DNA of 56,984 nt, filler included, from Dugesia japonica (taxonomy: Eukaryota): NCBI GenBank assembly GCA_001938525.1. It is 3 parts of 3 records of this genome, joined end to end, with 100 filler letters (N's around TTAATTAATTAA, not from the genome) between each part and the next. Parts side by side here need not be neighbours in the genome. Positions count along the whole stretch, not along the records: positions 43,523 to 56,984 come from MQRL01609337.1; 2 more parts are not named here. One strand, written 5' to 3'. The position numbers and the translations under genes were made by a program. The notes below the pieces were generated by a model, which had not been told where the DNA came from, searched no databases, and saw only the letters and a list, made by a program, of their open reading frames with translations. This document shows positions 48,569-56,984 of the stretch, piece after piece. The first letter of the stretch is position 1, and every line of letters starts with the position of its first letter.

Positions 48569-49699
48569 ACTGCTCGTGCCTGTACTTCAATTGATCTCTG
48601 TTCCGTATTCATCAATGTTATCCTTTAATAATGCATGTACTCATTCGTTTAATTTGTGATGTGAATTCGTTTTTGGTTTTATCTTTTCCATTATTCCGTT
48701 CCTTTGACATTAACTAGCAATGGTTCAATTCGAACATTTGTTATCTTGACTATTGGCAAGGTGCTTAATTGAAATTTCATTCCCGGTCTACAACGGGACA
48801 ATGCTATTGGCGTTTGTTTTACTAGATATGCACATGCCACTAATAACCTTGGAGTCGTTGGACAATTTGACATTAGTCGTTGTACCTCTTTTTCCATTGT
48901 TTCTTGATCTTTGAGGGATGTATATTTTGCAACTGGTAATTTTACTATTATTGATTCTAATATCGCTGCTAATTGTTTACACTCCATTGACAAAAGTTTA
49001 CTTCCAATCCATAGTTTTAAATTCGGATATATCGCTTGCAATACCTGATGTATTCGTTTCTCGGTCGATATCGTGTGTGGTTCTAATTGCTCCATTATTT
49101 CCGTCTAAAATTCGACCATTTGTTCATCTCTTGTTGGTTTTCGCCTCGTTGTACCACTTGTTGTTGCTCCTTTTTGTCGACCTCTTGGTTTTTTATCCAT
49201 CCACGTCTACACATCACGCATTAATCGTTGATGTGTCTCATTATCGGTGGTTTCATCTGTATTATCCGTTGCGGCAGGTGGTATTATTTCGTCTGCAATT
49301 TTGTCCAATCTAACTGATATATCATCGTCTTCTTGATCCAAATCCACTTGTTTCGGATTAAATCTTCCGACGTCTTTGATTTCATTGGTATTTCCGACTC
49401 CGACTTTGAAGCTGGTTCCATTGGGATTATCTGAATCTCTTACTCATCTACCTCATCTTCAAGATCCAAAATTTGTTCAACTATTTCATCTTCTGTAGTA
49501 TTTTCTGTTGTCAACTCCTTGATTGGCGATTTTCTTGGTCGTCCTCTTGATTTGGCAACTACTTCACTCGTGTTACCTGGCGTCATTGGTTGTACAAATG
49601 ATTTTATCGACGTATGACTTGATCCTAGCCTCGATTGTAATTTATTTTTAATTACCTTGGCTGGTAATTTTCTTCTGATCAATCGTTTACTACCTTTCG

Positions 49700-52430
49700 G
49701 TTTGATATAAATTTTATTTTATACCTTTTGTCGGATATCCAACGTTCCGATGATATCTTTATTCAATAATTCCAGATTATTCAGTAGTAGTACATATGGC
49801 GGGTTGAATGGTATTTTGGATTTCATCTGTTCTACTGTTTCGTAAGCCAAATTCGAGATTCTCGTTTCAAGACCATCTAGTTCTACGATTCTGAAGCTGA
49901 ATCTAAGGGGTACTACTTCATCTTGTTCGTATTTTCTCCATCTTGATATCAGCAGTTTAAATTGTTTTAGTCTCCATTTGCATTCCTCTTAACATCGGGA
50001 TATTTCGTAGGTCAATGATCTCAACTCCTCAATTTACAAATCACTCTGCAATAATTGATCCGCTATACGCTCCACACTGGTTTTGTTTATACTTTTCTCT
50101 TGAATTTTTTATATAAATTGATCTATCATATCGGCAGAATCTTTACTACATTTTTTCGATTTACCAGTTATTACCGCTACCATCTCTTGTGATCTACTCA
50201 ACTCTTGATTTGATTTGTATTTTCGATGTAGCATTGGTCTCTGCTGTATTACCGCTATCGTTTCTCGATTTGCTAATTCAATTTCATCATTATGTAGTTG
50301 CGATCCCCATGGCAACTTTGGATTAATATTATCGGCATAATATCGTATTGTCTTTCTACACAAATTTCTCTGATTGATTTTAACGTATACGGGTTTCTGT
50401 CATTTTCTCCATTGGCAAAAATATAGACATTCATAATATGACCTGGCCATATGCCTGATCGCTTTACCGGATACTCATCATGATTCTCTATGATCTCTCC
50501 TCCGCAATAAACTACAATATCCTCTCATTTAGTAATGTGTGTATTCTCTTTTCCCTTCGCTGTTTGCTTATTTAAATGTTTGATAATTTTCTTTATTAAT
50601 TTATCCCAGCTTGTCGTCGTTTTAATATCGAACTCTTTACTTGACTCATCTGGAAAATATTCTGTTACTTGCACATCTTGCTTTGATATGTTATTTGCAT
50701 GAGTTATTGTTAACGTATGTATGAGCGTATACAACTCTTTTTCTTCAATCATACACAATTGGTTCAATCTGTTTATTATCTCTTGAAAATTTAACTCAGT
50801 CATTTGACTGTAATTCTCGTAAATTGTTAACGCCATTTTTGCCATAGTTTGCTTCAAACTTTTCCACGGTTCACTTTCGTTTTCTGCTTCTGCAATCTGC
50901 TTGATCTCCTCGTCAGTAACGATTCTCAAATATTCCATTTTATCTATTTCGTTTACATACACATTTCTCATTTTTGTTCTAATTCGACTAATTGATTGTA
51001 ATTCAAACTTTTTCGGTTTTCCGTCATCTAATTCCAATGTTAACTCAGTAATCTCTGCTGGTCTCAATCGTAATTCAATCACATGTTGATCCCTTTTATT
51101 CAGTTTGTCTCTTTGTATAATCATCTATTCACACTTAATCCGATATTTCTCAAATATCTTCTCCAAAGGCAATTTACTCAGTATTGCTCGCAATTCACCC
51201 ACTCTGGTAGTTTTAAATTTCTCAACTGTTTTTGTCATCATAGTCATGCACAAATTATCATTCATTGTAGGATAGTGGAATTTTTACCCCAAAATTTGAT
51301 CCCACTGTTGTTGCTGCGATCATCTACTGATACTGTTTAATTAATTCAGACCAATTCCTCCGATGTTCCCATAATATATCATAATGATAGTTTGCATCCC
51401 AAACTAAATTCAGCATTCTCCAATACGTTTGTTTCGGAACTAGTTCCTTCTTCTCCAATGTGATATCCACGTATTTGTTTATTGCAGCTAAAATATGATA
51501 GTATTTCTCATTGCTGTCCGCGTTGGCAGTAGCTGATGTTTCACTCGGCACATTCGCACTTTCTTCTCCCACATTACTTGATTGTTTACCACTCTTTTTA
51601 CCTCTATTTATTATTTTACTCGAAAAAGATATCATCATAAAAACTCTAGGGGGTCCTGGCTGCGTTCTCGATAACTGTTCATCGTTAGCTTCTGTAGTAG
51701 TTTTAATTACAACGCTTGGTATTTCAGCTTTTGGTAATTCACTCGAATGGATTACCAGTGATACCTTCTTTTCTGACAACGGCGCGAGATATTTAATTTG
51801 GCATTTATTTAACGAAATCATTATATTTTTAGTTGTTTTAAAGTAGAAATGAGGCCAAATTAGTTCGTTATATAAACGCATTCTGCGATTTTCTAACAAC
51901 GTAATTACCATATTAGTTCCAGGTTTTAGACCATATTCGTAAATATATGCATTCATATCATTGATACCAACTACTGACACTGGGGTACATATAATATATT
52001 CGCCTATGGGTTTTACCCATTCCAACTCCTTCAACGCGTCGATTAAGTCTGTTACTGTCGTTTCTTTCAGTTTTAACACTCGTGGGATATTCCACTTTGT
52101 TGCAGCTGGTACTTTCTACAAGACATAATCCTTCGTGATGTATGCGGTTCGATCTTCATCTGGTCCCCATGCTTCCATTGCTTTGATTTTATAATCCCCC
52201 GCAGACGTGTTTTCAAACCACTCTTTCTCATATTCCAGAATTAATGGTCTCCATTTCTGATTCGTCATCGTGTCAATATGACCTGGCTCCGCTAGTTCCA
52301 CCAAATGATACATTATTTTCCAAAAAGCCTTCCTAGTTAATTCATCTTTCAATAATTTAGCATCTTTTATGACTGTTTCTACATAATCATACCTTACATG
52401 ATCCGAGTGTTCTTTTCTCATAAATTGTTT
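49700..52430 (-). pseudogene. Ubiquitin-like repeat array of copy 2 (four units visible)
   Basis: Homologous to copy 1 units B-E, e.g. RIVELDGLETRISNLAYETVEQMKSKIPFNPPYVLLLNNLELLNKDIIGTLDI. Confidence 0.6.
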
Positions 52431-52934
52431 TTTAAATCATTCATCAATATTTAAGAAATAGCATTTTCTCATAAAGCCAAACCGATGATCGTGCTCCCGA
52501 AAACAATTTAAATAATCATTTATCACCTTAAATTTTCATAATTTATCAAGATCTGTTATAATTTTATCAATTCTCAAATAATTGATCTGCATCAAAGTAG
52601 ATAAATATGAGCGCACTGGCATTGAACCCCCCCCCGCCCCCCGCCTTCGACTGTTTCAGTTGTTTTGATGTTTTTTGATTTGTAGCTTTTTGATTGGAAA
52701 GTTCTGAATATATGAAAAAATGCTTTGAATTCGGGTTGAAACGGTCAAATTTTTGCTCAGGAAGGTCGAAAATTCGAGTTTTCGAAACCAAATTTTCCGG
52801 TCAAATTTTATCGTGTAATTTTGAATTTGGTATTGATCGTCTTAGAATTGAAAGGTCAACATTTTCTATATAGAGTTTGCTATATGAATATGCTTGGTTC
52901 TCCGAGAAAAGTTATGAGCGCACTGGCACTTTTC

Positions 52935-54530
52935 ACTTGGTTTTACTGTAACACATTAGCTTTACTGTCTTAAACTGGTTTACTGTGTCCATTGGCTTTA
53001 TTAAAACAAATAAGCTTACTATCACATCGGTTTTATTGAAACACATAGGCTTTACTGTAACACGTGGGCTTTACTGTGTCATACTAGTTTACTGAAATAC
53101 ACGGAGTTTACTATGTCTTATTAGCTTTATTGAAACACACTGGTTTACTATGTACACTTATTTACTATAACACATAAGCTTTACTCTATCACATAAGCTT
53201 ACTGTAGTAATCTGTTTACTTTATCCATTGATTTATTGAAACTCGTGTGTTTTACTGTATCAGATCGGTTTTCTATACCCATTTGCCTACTCTATCCACT
53301 TATGTAGTGTATTTACTGGCTTNNNNNNNNNNNNNNNNNNNNNNNNNNNNNNNNNNNNNNNNNNNNNNNNNNTACTCTATCCACTTATGTAGTGTATTTA
53401 CTGGCTTTCTATATCCCTTGCTCAACTCTGAAATTTTTAAAACTTAAAGAAATTAAGGAAGTTATGGGAAGTTTAATAAATTTTAATAAAATTGGTCTAT
53501 ATTAACACATTGTTTTCTACTATTTTAGTATAACTATTAGCTTACNNNNNNNNNNNNNNNNNNNNNNNNNNNNNNNNNNNNNNNAATCTAGTAAACCTAT
53601 TATATTCGATATACTTTAGAGAAATGGATGAAATTAAAGTTTTAGTACATTTAATTAAATTTAAATAACTTTAGAAAAATTAATAAAATTTATTAAACTT
53701 TAAAATTATTAGGGCAGTTAATGGAAACTTAACAAATCTTAATAAGATTAGTCTATATTTTAATTATGGATCTATACATTTTAATGGAATTGCTTATGGA
53801 CTTAGTATATACTTTGTGTATATCTAAAGAAAGTTATAAAAATCAAGTTTTATAAATAAAAGTTAGACTTGAAAAATTCCAAACTAATGTCTCAATGTAC
53901 AATAGATGGTGACAATTTACACTTGATTGGTAACAATTTGCTTATATGTAACTGCAATTTATTCAAAGTGGTTATAATTTACTCCTAACTTTCCATAATG
54001 TTTACATAGTTTGCTAAATTTAACACATAGGTGGTGATAATTTGCTCATAGATGTCAGTAAATCACACNNNNNNNNNNNNNNNNNNNNNNNNNNNNNNNN
54101 NNNNNNNNNNNNNNNNNNNNNNNNNNNNNNNNNNNNNNNNNNNNNNNNNNNNNNNNNNNNNNNNNNNNNNNNNNNNNTTGATTAGATTTGATGCATATTC
54201 AATTGATAAATTAGTAATAAGTCAAACAACTTACTTGAACAATTTTTATGAACAGGTAATATGTATGGTAAATCATTAACTTTACCATATTGCAATGATT
54301 TTATTGTAACAAATGGGCTTTACTATGACCATTGGTTTCCCTGTTACACATTAGTTTACTGTATTACTTGGGATTTACTCTATCATATTCGCTTACTGTA
54401 CTAATACCCTTACTCTATTCATTGGCTTTACTGTATTCCATTGGTTTCACTCTATAGTGTTAGGTTACTATACTTATTTGCTTACTCTATCCATTAGCTT
54501 TGTATATACAGACGCATATAGACTTTGCTG
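52935..54530. repeat. Degenerate ~21-22 bp minisatellite blocks (GG/AGCTTTACTG..ACA..TT-like; GGT.ACAATTT-like)
   Basis: TTTACT recurs periodically at ~52935-53410 and ~54310-54530, and CAATTT at ~53905-54060. Confidence 0.6.
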
Positions 54531-56984
54531 TGTNNNNNNNNNNNNNNNNNNNNNNNNNNNNNNNNNNNNNNNNNNNNNNNNNNNNNNNNNNNNNNNNNNN
54601 NNNNNNNNNNTTGTAAAATGAAATGGATTATAACTATAGAATAATGTTAACCATCAGTAAACATTAGAATCAGCTTAGTGTGTACTTTAATGAAAATATT
54701 GACTTTTGCTTATTGATTTATGTCTAATGAGACAAATTAAGCATATTCAATGGATAAGGTGACTGTATTGCTTAACTTGAACGAGTTGATTAAGATGAAT
54801 GACAGGATTGAATACAACATGTAAGTCAAATACGTAAATAAATTGAATTTATATGTTTAATGAATGTATCGGGTTCATTGAATGTACTAGGTTTATTGTA
54901 TATATTTGGTTATTGGATATATCGGGTTTAATGATTTGTACTGGTCTAGATAGAATGTATACAAGTGCCGATATGTTTTCCTTTGCAATATTGNNNNNNN
55001 NNNNNNNNNNNNNNNNNNNNNNNNNNNNNNNNNNNNNNNNNNNNNNNNNNNNNNNNNNNNNNNNNNNNNNNNNNNNNNNNNNNNNNNNNNNNNNNNNNNN
55101 NNNNNNNNNNNNNNNNNNNNNNNNNNNNNNNNNNNNNNNNNNNNNNNNNNNNNNNNNNNNNNNNNNNNNNNNNNNNNNNNNNNNNNNNNNNNNNNNNNNN
55201 NNNNNNNNNNNNNNNNNNNATTGATGATTTGTACCCATCAAACCAATATGTGTAACCATTTTTATTAATCTAAAGAAAGACAAATGTATTATTACATTGG
55301 AAATCATTGGACATAGTTAAATAGATTTATGAAATATTTCATCAACGTATAACAATTTATGACTTCTGTAAAATATTTATTAATTTACACACACTACTTG
55401 GCAATTTTGGATATATTTCCATGATTTCTGTGAAATCTGAAATAGATTTTCATGACCTCTGTGAAATTTTGGATAACCTTTCATGACTACTCGAAATTTT
55501 TGAATAATTTTCCAACACTTCTCTAAAATTCTGTGTAAATTTTGAACACATCTCGGAAATTTATGCATTCTTTTCCTATTGTTTTACATAGGATTTGAGN
55601 NNNNNNNNNNNNNNNNNNNNNNNNNNNNNNNNNNNNNNNNNNNNNNNNNNNNNNNNNNNNNNNNNNNNNNNNNNNNNNNNNNNNNNNNNNNNNNNNNNNN
55701 NNNNNNNNNNNNNNNNNNNNNNNNNNNNNNNNNNNNNNNNNNNNNNNNNNNNNNNNNNNNNNNNNNNNNNNNNNNNNNNNNNNNNNNNNNNNNNNTCTTT
55801 CATCATCACCATCTGCCTACATTTCTGCGTGCACATCTTCATACAACTCATCTGCCCCTCTGCTTTCTCAATTACTTCTTTCTTCTAAAAAATTAAAAAC
55901 AAACACTTTTAGTCTTTTGTAGAAATATTTCCTTCATTTCTATGTATTTATGACTAATATTTATAAAATCCAAACGCCTGGGGAATACATTACTTATAAT
56001 GTTTTCCAATACTTGGTTTATTGATTGTATTTAATTTTATAGTGTTTAATAAACTTGGATTGAAAAGCTATTAAATAAATTAAATTTATTATGGTTAANN
56101 NNNNNNNNNNNCAGGTTATATTTGTATAAAAGTATTGTATATGTAATATATTAGAACATACATTTAAGTAAACTTCTTAAAACTTGTATAAAACGAAATA
56201 AATGCTTAATTCAATAAAAGTAGTAATACACTTAATGCAATTACTGTTTATCTAAGAAATTTGTGTATAATCTATTAACATATTACTTTTAAAAGTAAAA
56301 TAATTAACAATAAAACAGGACAATTAATAAGAAACACAAAATTTAATAAAAAAGACAACACATTGCCTTTAAAATATTTATTAATGAAAATAGACCATGA
56401 TCTTCATTATAACTTTCTGTTTGTGTCCTCTTGTTCTCTGTATATTCAGTCCTTTTCTGAATCTTTCACAATATTTGCACTGTTCCTTCTTCACCTCGAT
56501 ATTTGAGTGACCAGTTGCTACTAATTACTATATTACACAATGAATTCTCTTGGAGAATATTAGAGGAATTATTATTATTCACCTTATCAATAACTGTATA
56601 ACTATTATTACCATTGTATTTATCTTTTGACAATTATTATTTGAGTCATTATCTTTAATAATTGTATAAAATAATTACTTCTCATAGAATTATTAGAAAC
56701 TATTGATCAAATTTATAGTTAATAAGTAATAAGTTACAATTTATATANNNNNNNNNNNNNNNNNNNNNNNNNNNNNNNNNNNAAATAAGTAACAATATGT
56801 GTAGAAAATAATTAAATCTGAGTACACTAATTACATCTGTTTTGATCATATATATATATGATATGTATAGCCAATTTACGTATAGCAAATTTGATCTATG
56901 GTTTGTAACGATTCTTTGAGAAGTAATTATTCCATTCAATTGATAAAAATAATGTCTCAAGTACTATAGATAAAATAGATTATT

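Larger units (their letters stand above)
43600..52430 (-). mobile_element. Giant Gypsy-like element, copy 2 (diverged, 5'-truncated, internally deleted)
   Basis: Same domain order as copy 1: Ubl units, helical domain, signal peptide, G N-terminal half, PR, RT, RH, IN. Shared peptides include VELAEPGHID, PFNPPY and ELLNKDIIGTLD. Confidence 0.9.

Noticed and set aside
52935-53410. CRISPR-like array
   Set aside because: Eukaryotic context, degenerate repeats with no unique spacers, and no cas genes.
54849-55896. ORFs spanning long N runs near the window end
   Set aside because: Open only because of the Ns; the flanks are low complexity.

Overview
This is very AT-rich eukaryotic DNA, probably from an invertebrate (the TE mix and AAT microsatellites are planarian-like, but that is inference). 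It consists almost entirely of decayed transposable elements, and no intact host gene was recognised. Two identical artificial linkers (44N-TTAATTAATTAA-44N at 30590-30689 and 43423-43522) show the window is three concatenated scaffolds. The main feature is a giant (>=17-20 kb) minus-strand Ty3/Gypsy-type LTR retroelement, present as two diverged, decayed copies (about 130-20060 and 43600-52430). Its coding region has no obvious intergenic spacers. In order it encodes: Gag capsid plus CCHC; an array of about five ubiquitin-like repeats; AT-hook-like motifs and a helical domain; an internal signal peptide and a chuvirus-like glycoprotein with TM; extra retropepsin-like domain(s); two CCHC knuckles; PR, RT, RNase H and IN; a Cys-rich and coiled-coil extension; and a second signal-peptide/TM protein. 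An env placed between Gag and Pol is the reverse of the usual gag-pol-env order. Other elements: a Penelope-like remnant with GIY-YIG and minimal hammerhead ribozyme motifs; a MULE transposase split by a hAT-like TIR element; a Polinton-type DNA polymerase B interrupted by a small Gypsy element and an RLE non-LTR retrotransposon; and micro/minisatellites. All protein assignments come from motif recognition by eye, not database searches.
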